From: Paraspadella gotoi
Lineage: Eukaryota > Animalia > Chaetognatha
NCBI GenBank assembly: GCA_051294375.1
Contig: CM119270.1
Span: 3,669,957-3,733,956 of the forward strand
Direction: 5' to 3'
Length of the DNA: 64,000 bases
Shown: positions 25,508-44,284 of the stretch, in pieces
Position numbering within the stretch: position 1 is the first letter of the stretch
How the letters are laid out: every line of letters starts with the position of its first letter
The notes under the pieces: model-generated
Seen by the model: only the letters and a program-made list of their open reading frames with translations
Told to the model about the DNA's origin: nothing
Database searches by the model: none
Translations under genes and position numbers: made by a program

Positions 25508-27440
25508 CTTCTCTCTCCTCTCTATTCTCTCTCTATTCGTCTCCTCGTTCGTCTCTCTCCTCCTCTCTCTTTACTCTCCTCAGTTTTTTTATTCTCTCTT
25601 TTTTTTTTGTTAACGTAATATTTCGTCATCATCTGATTTCACTGATCGTTTTGAAGTTTAAATCAATAAACCATTAAATATCAACATAAAAAGTTATAAT
25701 CAAACACCATGCCGTCAAATATTTAATCATTTTAAATGCAATCGTATGGTTTTCCACTTTTAGTCAAAATACAAATCCATCGACCGTTTATTTCATCTTC
25801 CTTGGTTTTGTTCTGCATCCGAACACAAAAATCGCCATCGGTTATTCCGATTGTTAATCGATTCCAGAGAGAGTGGAGGGAGAGAGAGAGAGAGAAGAAG
25901 AGGAGAGAGGAGAGAGAGAGAGGAGTAGAGGGAGAGGAGAGAGTAGAGAGAGCGGAGAGAGAAGAGAGAGAGAGATTGATACTTCCGTATCTCTCTCTTA
26001 GATTGATTTTATTTTAGGCTCATCATGTTTTATATTAAAACACATTTACAATCAAGCTATTAGGATCGTAAGAGAGCCGTACATAGGTATTATGTACATA
26101 CAAGTATTGTAAGAGAATTATAAAACAAATATATTAAAATTCATTAAATAATTATAACGAGGAAAAGATGTAAATTAAAAATAGAAAAATTCTATATTAC
26201 AGAGATCATATTAAGTTTAAATGATGGAACCTTTTCAAAAATTTTTTACATTCCATATCATTTTCAATGTTACCAATTAATTTTCAATAGTATTTGAAGT
26301 ATCTTTAGAATAAAATTTCTCTGAATTCGACTTTTATATGCGTCTCTAGAAAGTTTAATGTTTTTTCCATTTAACTGCAATAATTTGAGACGTGTTCTTT
26401 CATCATCCAATATTGTTACATTGTTCACGAGATTTCTTTTTAAAGATCCTTTGAAGTTTTTTCTTTCTCCACACTCAGCATACACGCGTATCTCGCTATC
26501 AAAAAGAGATCTGGTGTTTTGTTTTGGTGCATTTTAGTAGTTCCTTGCATGGTTCTCTTTTGTAGTTCAATTTGTTGAGCGTTAGCTATGACTTTGATTT
26601 AGTTGTATGAGAGAGAAGTAGAGAGGTTTCGTGGATTCGGTGGGGCCCGAGTTTAGGCCTCTCTTGATCGAAATTCTTTCTTTTTCTTATTACCTTTAAA
26701 CTTAATTTTAATCCTAATAATTAACTCTAATCTGTTACCAAACCTGTAATCCTTAACGCTAATCCCTAACCCTTTCCTTAAGCCCCAATAATAATCCTTA
26801 ATCTCTAATCCTAACCCTTCTGCTCTAAACCTTAATGCTTAATCCTAATCCTTAACCGTAATCACTAAACTGACCCTAATCTTTAATCTAATGCTGAACC
26901 TAATCCTTAACCCAAATTACGAACCTAACTTAATTTCGAATTTAAGACGTTCTGGGAAAATAAGTCCTTTTTTCATTTATTTACTTTGACACTATGTATA
27001 TATATTTTCTTAACATGATCGATGAATTTATTAACAAAATGTCGAAATGTCGGCCTGAAAAAAAAAAGAATTATTTTGCTTTTTAGCTAACTCTAAAACA
27101 ACATAAATTTAGATGTTTCCTGATAAAACATTCCAAAAATAAAATCCCTAAAAATATAAAGACCGCTACTAAAAAATTAAAATGAACTTAAATTGAAATG
27201 GAAGCGAACAATCGATTGAATGGTCTTTTCAGACTGGAAATTATGCAACATATTTTGATAATAATTAATTAAATAATAAAAACCAAAAAAAACAAAAAAA
27301 ACAAAAGAATGAACAGAATTTAAGAGAGATTTTTTGTCCGATTGGCATTTTCTTATCTCGTCTTTTCATAATTTACAAATTTTACAAATAAAATCTTTAC
27401 GGTTTTTTGGGTTAATTTTTTTATGGTATTTTTCTCTTTC
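24196..27440. repeat. Block A, copy 2
   Basis: Matches 1-3190; about 25960-26720 appears identical to 1640-2400. Confidence 0.95.
24350..24837. mobile_element. MITE-like TIR element (copy within duplicated block A)
   Basis: Left cgcccaatttc (24378-24388) is the reverse complement, with one mismatch, of right gaaatggggcg (24807-24817), which continues ccattcggaaaatagtgccc. Confidence 0.55.
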
Positions 27441-28066
27441 AGAATTTTTTAATTACCTTGTCTATAAATATAAATGACAAAGTTAAACAAACTGAGATTC
27501 AATGCGAATCGGGAAAATCACGATATCGACCAAAGATTTCGTTGGATCACAAGACTTGTGGCGTTTTTATTGAATCTAATTTTATATCTTTACTTTTATA
27601 AAACTGTTTGTAAACAGCTGTCGGATTTAATAACCATTCCTAGACTTACAATATGAAAGCTATGAATATGATATATTGCACAATGATGAGACAACGATTC
27701 CAGACCGTGATCGTTTATTTAATCTATATTTAAAAAAAAATTAAAACAAAAATTACGAAAACATAAACAAAAATAAAGGAAGAAGGGAAATTTTGAATTT
27801 CTCAAGAGTCATGCGCGTGATTGTACCTCGAGGGTTCGTGAAAAAGGAAAGCAATATGGCCGGCGCCAGCTTTTGAGGTCGGTCGGTCGGAGGGAGGAGA
27901 AGGAAAGAAAGGAAAAAGCAAAAAGATTAGAAAAAACATGGGCTAAGGAATTATTTATCATGAATGTAAAACGTTTGGTGGTGTTTTATAAAAATAACTA
28001 ATATCATTTTATTTAGATAATATGTATAGTAAATTGTAGAGGGTTGATGGAAAGATTGATAAAGGA

Positions 28067-28110
<44 letters not shown>

Positions 28111-28227
28111 ACAGGAAGAAGAAAGAAAGGAACAGAAGAAAGAAAGAAAAAAAACTAAAAGAATGAAAGAAAGAAAGAAAGAAAGAAAGAAAAAACTAAA
28201 GAAGGAAAGAAAGAAAGAAGAAGAAAA

Positions 28228-30754
<2,527 letters not shown>

Positions 30755-30779
30755 NNNNNNNNNNNNNNNNNNNNNNNNN

Positions 30780-33295
<2,516 letters not shown>

Positions 33296-33919
33296 NNNNN
33301 NNNNNNNNNNNNNNNNNNNNAAAAAAAAAAAAAAAAAAAGAAAAAGAAAAAAAAGAAAAGAAAATCATGTAAATACATGGCGATACAATAAATACATTAT
33401 TCATGATTGAATCCTGTCTCCCTGTGTCTCAATGTCTCTCCGTCAAAAAGAAATTTGACTATCGGAGAGAAAAGTCGGACAAAGAAACTAAGAGAACCAC
33501 ACGTCACGCTGTAGTCAGGCATTACTATGAGTTCACCCCGCCTATAAGCATTACTACTTCAGTCGTGACCCGAGTAATACCATCAGCTCATGACCAGGGA
33601 TCGATCCCCAATGGTACCTACCCTGCGGGAAGCGTGTGGTCGGCCGTCAACCGCTCTGGTTATAAGCCCAGGACCCGTTCCCTCGCAGCAAAAGTGGGTT
33701 AAAGAAGTTTCGGATATCACTCTTCAGCCCACTGAGTGCCTTATCCTCAACTCCCCCCCAGCCCCTCTCCACTACCCGCGAGTCACTTCTCCCTTCCTTA
33801 ATTTCCACCACCCAATTTAACCCCCACAACAATTCAACTCATTTCTCTCTCTCAAGATTTTCCTTCCTTTTCAATCTCCTTTCGAAAGGCGAAGCTTCAT
33901 CTAATCTCCTGCCATCGAA

Positions 33920-34310
33920 GACACGCATTTGACGCTATGCATTAGATGCTACGCCATTGACGCCACGCAATTGACGATGCGCCATTGACGCTACGTGATT
34001 GACAATGCGCATTGACACTTCCCCATTGAGTTTACTCAATTGATGCAGTGCAATTTAAGCTATGCATTTGAGGCCACGCATTTGACGTGAGGTAATTGAC
34101 ATTAGAGATTTAATGCGACGCATATGATGCTAAGCATTAGATGTCGTTATTATTATTGACGCTTTGTGATTGACACTACGCATTTGACAATACAAATTTG
34201 ACAATACGCATTTGACGCTACGCGTTTGAGGTTAATCATTTAACGATACGCATTTGACGCGACGGAATTGATGCTATGCAATTGACGCTACGCCATTGAA
34301 GCCACCAACT
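33920..34310. repeat. Minisatellite, unit ~14 bp (ttgacgctacgcat); noisy copies at ~5990-6350, 30240-30680 and 32780-33220
   Basis: Repeated cgcatttgacgcta units. Confidence 0.85.
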
Positions 34311-34356
34311 TCTTGTTACAAAAAATCCTCATTTGGGGTCATTCTTTCCAGCTCTA

Positions 34357-34392
<36 letters not shown>

Positions 34393-35968
34393 CCTCATCC
34401 TTCGTCCTCTCCATCATTCTTCTCATCTCTCTGATCGTTTCTTTCTCCTTCTCTCTCATCATCCTCTCTCTCTAGTCTGCTCTCCTCTCTCTCTCTCCTC
34501 CTCTCTCTCTCTCTCTCTCCTCGTCTCCTCTCTCTCCTTCCTCGCTCGCTCTCCCTCTAATTGTTCTCACAAATTGCACTCGTTTTCCTCGCATAACTGC
34601 GGTTCTCGTTTTCGAGTGAAAATGAGAGGGCCAGACAGAGAGCGAGCGAAAAAGAGCAAGAGAAAAAAAGAAGAGGATAATAAGAAAAAGGGGGGAAAAG
34701 AGAAGGGAAATAACCGACAGGAAGAGCAGAGAGAGAGAGAGAGAGGGAGAGAGAGCTGAAGAAAAATGCAGGAAGGAAAGGAAGGAATAAGAAGGACAAA
34801 GAAAGTTGACAAAGAGAAGAATGCAAAGAAAGAAGAAAAGAAAGAAAGAAAGAAAGAAAGAAAAGAAGAAAGAAGAGAAAGAAAGAAAGAAAGACGAAAG
34901 ACAAGAAAGAAAGCGCGACACGATATAGAACTAGAAGAACAACTATAGGAAGAAAGAGAAGAGAACGAAGAGAAAGAGCATGAGGAGCAGAGAGAGAGAG
35001 AGAGAGGAAGAATACGAGAGAATGGACGAGAGAGAGAGAGTTCCCGTACAAATATTCTGATTCTGCGGCCAGGAACAGGCGAGAAGATCGCCTCTACTAC
35101 TGACGCCATAAAAAACAGTCAGCCGGTTTTTTATGCTTCTTGAAATCATACGGTAAGCGGGAAAAACGAAACCACGAGGGAACGGCGACGGAACGTCACG
35201 ACCGAGCGGACGCAACTGAACGACGGAACGCACGAATGAGGAGAGACAGACGAAATGACGATTTACCGACGCATGATTTAATCGCACGACTGCACACGCG
35301 CAAACCAAGGACGATGACGACCGATGGCGACGGACCGACGAGGTGTTGGTCCATATTCGACGAATCAGAAATAACTTTTAATTTTTGGTTTTTAGGGCAA
35401 TAACAAACGAAAGAAGACAAGTCGATTGACAACCGCCTAGGAAAGACCAAACCGACGACGACGACCGACGACAATAGAATGGACGGACGAATTTTATGAC
35501 TAAATAAAACGACGACGCGACCGACGACGACGACAATTGACTCGACGATTATGACAAAACGGATGTAGACTAAAACGACGACGATGACGACACGCAGACG
35601 AGACGACCTGACGAATAATTGTAATCGAGCATCGATTAACTTTAACGATTTTAAAGGAAAAAAACAAAGTTATAGATAGACGACGCGTGACGACGCAGAC
35701 GTCTGACAAAAAAGAAAAGTAAAAACCGGGTGTTGTTGTTGATGTTGTTGTTGGTTTGTTGTCGGCAATGAAAGAGAGAATCGGTGTTGTAAAATAAGAA
35801 GACAATAGTGCGACGGGTTATGAAGAGGGCGGGCGGGGGTGGAGGGGTGGAGATGGGAGATGATGGCAGGAGGGGTATGGAGGGTTAAGGAAGGAGAGGA
35901 AAAGAAGAGAAAAAGCGAGAGAAGGAAAGAAAAAGACACGAAAAAGAGTGAGAAAAAGAAAAGGAAAG

Positions 35969-36000
<32 letters not shown>

Positions 36001-36641
36001 AAAAGAAAAAGAAGAAAAGAAACTAGAAATACTACAAGGCACACTCCCGATTTAAAAAAATATCCACACTGTCATCTTTTGTTACCTTTCACTTACCCGG
36101 ATTAACCGGTTACCCACGCAGAGAAAAAGGAGAATAGGAGAAACAGAGGAGGGAGAGGAGCGACGAAGAAGAGAGCGTGAAAAGAGGAGCGAGAGACAGA
36201 AAGCTTTAGAGACGAGAGAGGGGACACCTACTACCTACATGCGACGCAAGCACTATAAAACAGTCCTAGAAACCATGACTTCTGTTTCGTACTCTGCCTT
36301 AATCGACTCTGATCATCACATACTCCATCTACAACAGGAGCGACGCAGGAACAACACAAACGTGACGAGACACCTAAATCCTCGGGCGGAAAAAAAAAAA
36401 AAAAACGAATAGGGTTACCATTGAGTTTCACCTTCACTGCTTTTCGGGAAGACGGCGCTGAGGCACGACTCAGACAGAGGGTACATCTACGTGGATCAAA
36501 GCTCGACGCCGAACAAAATGACAACGTGCAGGAGGAAGAAAAAATAAAACGAAAATAAGACAGGCGAAGAAGGCAGAGAAGAGACAGAAGAAGACAAGAA
36601 GAAGAGAGACAAAAGANNNNNNNNNNNNNNNNNNNNNNNNN

Positions 36642-38000
36642 GGTTCATATACGAATCAGAAAGAAGAATCTTTTGTTAGCTTCCTAATGCGTTTTTGCAA
36701 ATGATGTATTTTGAATCTAACGTACAAAGAGGAGAATCCGATGACGCCGATCCGCACGAGCGACGACTACAATGCACGCAACGCTATTTATGAACCTAAA
36801 AACGACGCAATTTGGCACGACGCACACCGCACGATTGTACTCGAAATTGTTAGAAATCGAACATCGGACCTAACTTTAAAAAACGATTTTTTTTAAGTGA
36901 AAACATTAAATGTTATAGATAGACGACGTATGACCATCGCCCACGACGACTGAAAAAAAAAAAAGAGGAAAAAGAGAAACGTGCTTGTGTTGTTGTATGT
37001 CGCAATGACAAGAGAACTCGGTTGTCGTTCGTATAAAATAAACGAAGACAATGAATAACAGTCGCCACGGCTATTTGCAACGAGCGAGGGCGAGCGACAG
37101 AGACCACGCGGTGGACGGGGTCGAGCAAGGTGGAAAGGGTGGAAGATCGGAGATTGAGGCGCAGCCGAGGGGTAATCTGTATGGGTTAAGGAGCATGAGG
37201 AGGACAAAGAAGTCTAGAAGCAAGAGAGAAGGATAAGATAAAAGACACGAAAAACGAGTGAGAAAAGAAAAGGAAAAAAAAAAAAAAAAAAAAAGAAAAA
37301 AATAAAAAAAAAAAAAAAGAAAGAAAAGCGGAAAAAGAAACAAGAAGGAAAAGAAAATAACAATGACAACGATTCCTAAGAAAATTCTAGAATCCGATGA
37401 CCGAATGATTTTGTTCTTACTTTTACGGAATTCGATACGGTTTAACCAGACGAAAAGTGAACATTGGGACAAAACGAGAGGAGCAGAGGAAAAAAGAGGG
37501 AAAGGAGAAAACAACAGAGACAAAAAAGATCGGAAAAAGGAGAGCGAAAGCCTTTAGATGAGGAGAGAGACACCCTACATATCCGGCCCACCTTAAATTA
37601 AAACTCCTAACAGATTCTAGTTCCGTCTGATGCTCTTTCGACCTATCATCATCATCTAACACACAGATCGACGACGAACAAACCAGAACGACTCAGACAT
37701 CCAAATCTACGACAAGAGACAATAAAACGACAAGTTTTATCCTACTTTCGCTGGCGGGTGAGGCAGGACTGAGGCGGTATCTACCTCAAACTCGACGCGA
37801 ACTAATAAGACACTAGAACTGGGAAAGGAGCTATGAAGCAAGAGTAGCGAAGCAAAAAAGCCATACAGCAGAGAAGCAAACGATAAAAACGGGAATACAC
37901 AGAGAGACAACCGTCAAATCACTAACATCTGGAAGGAAAGATGGAAGATAAAGACGAAACAAAGTGTAAAGAAAAAGAATAAGAAGAAAGCAAAAGAAGA
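36642..38000. repeat. Noisy tandem re-copy of ~35350-36616 across a 25-N gap
   Basis: Shared anchors, e.g. ttatagatagacgacg (35670 vs 36913), aaagacacgaaaa (35932 vs 37241), aaagctttagagacgag (36200 vs 37547). Confidence 0.85.
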
Positions 38001-39975
38001 GAAAGAAAAAAGAAGAAAGAAGACAGAAGAAGAGAAGGACGAACATGAAGACGCAGGAGAAATACGGGATGGCAGAGATAACACGGAGAAGAGACAGGAG
38101 AAAGTGAGCTAAGAGATGGCAGCAGAATGAGGCGAGGGATCCACGTCGAACGACCTCAATGAATAGAAGCAAACGCGGCGCACAGCGATGCTCGACCGAA
38201 GACAGAGGCTGGAAACAAGCCATATACGGAGCACGCGATAGAAGAGAAGGAACAGGAATAGAGACGAGAATCGAGAAGAGCCAAGAAGCCGAAAAGAAGA
38301 CGGAACCGGAAAATAGGATAAAGATAACGATAGAGCGAGGGCGGTCGATAGAGAGAGCGAGAAAAAAAAATGAAAAAAAACAAATAAAGAAAAAAAAAAA
38401 CACAAAAAAAAGAAACAAAGCCAGGACGCACACATAAAGAAGCCAACACAAGCACGATGCTAGCAGGGACAGGAAAAGAGACGAAATAGCGAACAAAATA
38501 ACAAAACGAATAATAAGAATAAAGATGTTGAAAAGATGAAAAGAAAGAAAAGAAAAGAAAAAAAAAAAGAAAGAAGAAGAAGGAAGAAGAAGAAAGAGAA
38601 AGAAGAAAGAAAGAAAGAGAAGAAAGAAAAGAGATAGAAAGAACGAAAGAAAGAAGAAGAAGAAAGAAAGAAAAAGATAGAGAGAGGAGAAAAGAGAGAG
38701 AGAGAGAGATAGAGACCGTAACAGGAACACACCTAACCGAATTGATCCTTTCCTATCTCTCACAAAAATTTCAACTCTCTCTCTTTCACGTGACACACAC
38801 TGACTTCGACTCACTCCTGCCCGCTCACCTCACCAATGATCACCCACTCATCTACTGAACAAAATCACCTCTATTCACCTCACCAATCCCTAACCCCCCC
38901 TCCCTCCAAAGTACTGAGTCTAACCCTGAGGGGAACCAGTTGGGGCGTGCGATGATGAAAACAGCAGAAGTTGGAGGGGGGGGCGGCGAGGGAAAGTGGG
39001 AGGGGAGGAGCAGAGGAGAGGGGAGGAAGGAGAGGAGGAGGAAGAGTTTATTTTGACGGGAGTAAACGAGGGCAAAGAGATTAGCGATTGGAAAATTAAA
39101 GGGAAAAAAAAAGGAAAGAAAAGAAAGAAAGAAAGAAAGAAAGAAGAAAGAAAGAAAGAAAGAAAGAAAGAAGAAAGAAAAGAAGAAGAAAGAAAAAGAA
39201 AGAAAGAAAAGAAAAGAAAAGAAAGATGGAAAGGAAGAAATAACGAATAACGTCTTCATAATTATTATTATTATATTTTCTACATAGATATTTCTATTTG
39301 ACACAATTAAATATGAAAATTATTCATTTATAAAATTGATATAATTTCTCTGATGAAAACATTTAATTACGGAATCTTGTCCTCGATTGTAATAAATGTA
39401 ATAAGACTCAACGACAGTTTAATTACTTATAAAAATATCATTATCATGTTAAATTGTAGGAAGTCTTCAGGCCCAATAAACTAGATTGAACTACGTGGGA
39501 TTCGAAAAAAAAATATTCTATAACCGGATTCGTCTCTTCTTATCAGATTGTTTTTTTCTTTCTTTCAGCCTCAAATTAAATATTAAAAATTAATATTAAT
39601 TAATTAACAACAGTTTTCTACGTTCAAATTAAAGTAAAAAAAAATGGCTTTGCTTGATTCAATCACTCTTTTGTTTTAACTTTTCCCCTTTTGTTTCATT
39701 TTCATTTAAAAAGTCGCCACTTACTTATCCAATATCCATTCAAAATGTCTTTGTTACAATTTTAATCATTAAAAACGCCAACTATTTTAAAGTTGCTTTT
39801 ATTGTTCATTTTATTTTTTTGTTTTAAAAAAAAGAAAATAAACCCAAAAGATTCATAAACTTCAAACAATTTTATTATCATATTTATTTTCTATCTGGCT
39901 GAACTAATAACTAGCAATTTACTTCAAGGCATCAACTACAAAATTGTAAAGAAAAGAAAGAAAAGAAATGATTCT

Positions 39976-40230
39976 TAGTAGAGGACAGTAAAAGAAAGAA
40001 TAGTAGAGGACAGTAAAAGAAAGAATAGTAGAGGACAGTAAAAGAAAGAATAGTAGAGGACAGTAAAAAAAATTGTAGGGGATAGAAAAAGAAAGAAAAT
40101 TGGAGGACAATAAAAGAAAAATGGTGGAGGACAGTAAAAGAAAGAAAAATACAGGACAGTAAAAGAAAGAATAGTAGAGAACAGTAAAAGAAAGAAAAGT
40201 AGAGGACAGTAAAAGCAAGAACAGTAAAAG
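39976..40230. repeat. Minisatellite, 25-bp unit tagtagaggacagtaaaagaaagaa (~10 copies)
   Basis: Near-exact units at 39976-40070; diverged units follow. Confidence 0.92.
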
Positions 40231-41035
40231 CCAGAATAAAAAAAACAAGGACAAAAGGAAAGGGGAAGACATGAATCGTCTGGGCGGATGGTGATCCTTC
40301 CGGATTAAATCGATGCATTGAAATTGCGCGTTAGAAGCGGCGGAGGACAGCAGCACCAGCTGCAGGGAATGCGGCAGCGGAGGTGGGCAGCCGCGGCAGC
40401 CAATACGAGGGCGAAGGGAGAGGGGAGCGGGTCACGTGAGGTGAGAAGGTTATTGTGAACGGAATATCGAAAGGAATTAATTGAAGAGGGAAAGTGTGAA
40501 AATTGTGATGGAATTATGATGGAATTTTGATGGAATTGTAATGGAAGATGGAGAAGAGAAAGGATTGGACGATGGCGAAGACGACGATGAAAACAGGGCT
40601 GGGTTTCTCAAAAGACGCTGGAGCAAATTGATGGATAAGAAAAGTGGGGGGGGGGGAAAGAGAAGAAAAAAAAAGAAAAAGAAAAGTGTAAAAATAATTA
40701 AAAATGAAATATAGATAAAATTTTTAAAAATATAACAAAGAAAAGCAACAATATTCCATAAAAACAACAAAGAAATAAAACAATTGAGAAAAAAAAGAAA
40801 ATTGAATCTGGATAGAAAAAAATACAGAAAAAAAATAAATTGAGAGAGAGAGAAAGAAAAAAAAAGAAAAAAAAAGAAAAAATAAGAAAGAAAAAAAATA
40901 AAGAAAAAACAAGAAAGAAAAAAAATTTCGATAATAAAACCGAAAAAAAAAGGAAAGGAATCTTACTCGCGGGAAAACAACGACGGAAGTTCTCTCCTTT
41001 CCAAACGTCTCTTTCAAGGTGATATCGATTATAGT

Positions 41036-41110
<75 letters not shown>

Positions 41111-41789
41111 GTAATCTCGGTCGAGGAGGAAAATGGATTTCGCCTTCGCTTCGTCGCGACCACAAATCGTGAGACGACGTGTGACTTTTCTCTTCGATCG
41201 TCTAAACTTGAAAAAAGGAGGAAAGGAAAGAAAAAAGGTGGAAAGGAAAGAAAAAAGGAGGAAAGGAAACAAAAAAGGAGAGGAGAGGAAATAAAGGAAA
41301 TAAACTAATGGTACGAAAAAAAAGAAGTAAAAGCAAAGGAGGAAAGTAAAATGACAAAACAAAAAATAAAGAAAAAAAGGAGGAAAGGAGAGATAAAAGG
41401 AGGAAAGAAAAGAAAAAAAAATAAACGAAATTATTTACAGGTAAAAGAAGAAAAAAAATAAAAGGAAGATGGAAAAAATAAAAAAAAGAATAAAGGAGGA
41501 AAAGAGAAAAGGAAATAAAAAAGAAAAAAATGAAGGAAGGAGGAAAGAAAAGACATAAAAAAAAGAAAAGATTTCGACTTTAACGATTTTCGTTTAGAAT
41601 TTGAATATCTATTTACGATCACGTGACAAACCTTTTTTTCTCTACGTGGATTGAGGTGGAGAATCCCTCGTTCAGTCGCCAATCTGCTTGTCAATCACGC
41701 AAGCACTGGCATTCAATAGAGATTTGCGATCTTAATTGTTACTGATGCCGTTGTGGAATCGTTACATACTTTTTTCTCAATCTCCGATC

Positions 41790-42180
41790 TCCGACCACCC
41801 AACCACCAATCACCGACCAATAACATCTTTAATCACCGATTTAATTATCCCCTGATCACCGTCCAATCACCTTTGCAATGATCGACCAATCACCTTTTTA
41901 AATCACTCCCCAATCACCGACCAATTACACACTAATCACCTTTTTAAATCACCCACAAATCAACGACGATTCACTTATTCAATCGCCTATCAATCACCTT
42001 TTAAAATCACCCACCAATCACCGAACAATCACATCTTTAATCCCATTTTTAAATCACCCTCCAATCATCGACCAATCACCTCATCAATCACCTACCAATC
42101 ACCTCATCAATCACCCACCAATCAATTTTTAAATCACCCTCCAATCACCTACCAATCACCTCATCAATCACCCACCAATC
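41790..42180. repeat. CCAATCA-rich minisatellite (ccaatcacc with ttttaaatcacc spacers)
   Basis: Many ccaatca/caatcac units. Confidence 0.88.
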
Positions 42181-42351
42181 ATCGACGCGCCACTCGTTGC
42201 GCCATTTAGCCTCGCGACAAAGACGCCGTCTCTTTTTCCTCTTCATTTGACATTCGTTTCCCCGGCCTCTCTCTCCAAGCGTCGCAGCGAGAAACTAATT
42301 CTTCAATAGTGAGAGGAGAGAGAGAGAGAGAGAAGAGAGGAGAGGAGAGAG

Positions 42352-42383
<32 letters not shown>

Positions 42384-42813
42384 GATGAAGAGAGAGAGAA
42401 GGAGAGAAGAAAGAGAGAGGAGAGATGACAGCAGAGAGCGAAGTGGCCTGTTTGTCTTCCGCATTTTCGCAATTTGTTATCTTTCTGTTTGGCTTCTGCT
42501 TTCTTCGCCCTACAGAGTGTTGTTTGGGCGAATGTGGATAGGGCGAAGAAGGAGTAGAGAGTAGAGAGAGTTTAGTCAGGTGAGACCTGAGGAGAGTAGG
42601 CTTGTTTCTCGTCTTGCTGCTGCTTCTCTCTGGCTATCTTTGCGTCTCTTCTGCTCTCTCGTGTCGTTCTCTCTTCATGCTCTGCTCTGCATTGCTCGTG
42701 TCCGTCTANNNNNNNNNNNNNNNNNNNNNNNNNACTCACTTTCCTTTTAAACAAACAACATGCAAAACATTCAAAATTCATTTTTTCTCAACACCGAATT
42801 TCATCTGGATCCC

Positions 42814-43622
42814 ATGAGTGCCTCAAAGCACCAAGGCCGCACCCCGCAGCCGCTGCAGCCGCTGCCGCCCGCCGCCGCAGCCGATGCGCCCCTCAGCAAC
42901 CATCTGTTCCGCCTCTGGCGTTGGAGCTTTCAAGGTGGGCGCCCGTTCAAATGCCACTGTCGCGCCCGGCCACCCCACCGCAGTCGGCGCGAAGGCCGCC
43001 GCCGCCGTAGCCCCTCACGTGTCGCAGAAAAAAAGCCCACGTCAGCAAGTCTAACATTATCGTCGTCGTCGTCGTCGTCGTCGTCAGTCGCTATCCTCAC
43101 ACAATCACCCCTCTCGCAACCGATCTCAACCCCCTGACAGCCCATCGCGGGTATCGCGCGCTCCTTGACGGACTTGTGGCTTGCCCCCGACGGCGAGCAC
43201 CCCTGTCGCTACGCCCTTTTGCCCCGATAACCCGGCCCGCTCCGCGAAGCGTCGGGGCAGAGCGGGCCTTTGTCCCCGCTCTCTTCGTTTGCTTCTTCTT
43301 TCAATCGGCAGTGGGGCCGATGCAAGCGGCGTGCGCAGCGGCGGCGGCTGCGGCGTCCAGCGGCAGTTGTCGACGCCCTTCTTCTCTGCCGACGCCGAGC
43401 ATGCGAGTGGGACGGATTGCAGTTTCACTGGACGCCATGCAAACCCACGGGCGCCGCCAGCTTCTGCAAACGATGAACTTCGGTTCTGAAGCAGGCGCCG
43501 CAGACTGCAGGCAGCCGCCGCTAGAACCGGCGTCTTTTTCACAACCGGGAGACTTCGATGCGGCGTCACGTTTTTCTCTCCGGCGCCATTCTTGGGCGTC
43601 GGGTTTCCAACCTCGCGCTCTG
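42814..43622 (+). CDS. Candidate coding exon (Ala/Pro/Ser-rich, low complexity, frameshifted); product unknown
   Basis: About 800 bp of GC-rich sequence in an AT/AG background. ATG at 42814, overlapping ORFs suggesting frameshifts, and a consensus donor CTG|GTGAGT at 43623. The 3' frame reads ...SRFSLRRHSWASGFQPRAL and ends in phase 0. Confidence 0.5.
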
Positions 43623-43649
43623 GTGAGTTGAAGGGAGAGAGAGAGAGAC

Positions 43650-43688
<39 letters not shown>

Positions 43689-43699
43689 AGAGGAGAGAG

Positions 43700-43733
<34 letters not shown>

Positions 43734-43987
43734 GAGAGTTGAGAGAGAGAGCAGAGAAGAGAGAGGAGAGAGAAGAGAGAGAGAGAGTAGACGAGAGATG
43801 CGAGAGAAAAGAGGGCGGAAAAACAAGCAAAACTGAGGAGCTTTTAGAAAGGTAAAGGATCAATGTATTATGCAAATTCGACCATAGCGAAAAAAAAGAG
43901 AGAGAGGTTATGGGGGTGAAGCGAAAGAGAAGACTTAGAGAAGCGTACAGCCTTTAGACAACTACAGTGGCGGCGGTCGATAACGAA

Positions 43988-44024
<37 letters not shown>

Positions 44025-44233
44025 AGAGAGAGACGTATGAGAGAGAGAGAGAAGAGAGAGAAAGCGAGAGAGAAAAGACGAGAGATGAGACGCACATCGC
44101 AAATCGAGTCGAGAAGTGAATTGGAGGAGTAGAAAGAAAATCGGGGAATGAGAAACCATTAATCACAGTCGGCCTCCGTCGGGATATGAGCGCCGAGCGA
44201 CGGCAAGAGGAGAGAGAAAGACGAAGGGAGAAG

Positions 44234-44284
<51 letters not shown>

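Noticed and set aside
37831-38814. 327-aa hydrophobic 'membrane protein' ORF, and similar Leu/Ser/Phe ORFs at 7010-7566, 34472-35109 and 58958-60590
   Set aside because: Products of AG/AAAG or polypyrimidine low-complexity sequence. No family motifs, and not conserved between duplicate copies.
39976-40230. Regular 25-bp repeats as a CRISPR array (also the 18430, 19895, 33920 and 62131 arrays)
   Set aside because: Units are head-to-tail without unique spacers, no cas genes are present, and the context is eukaryotic.
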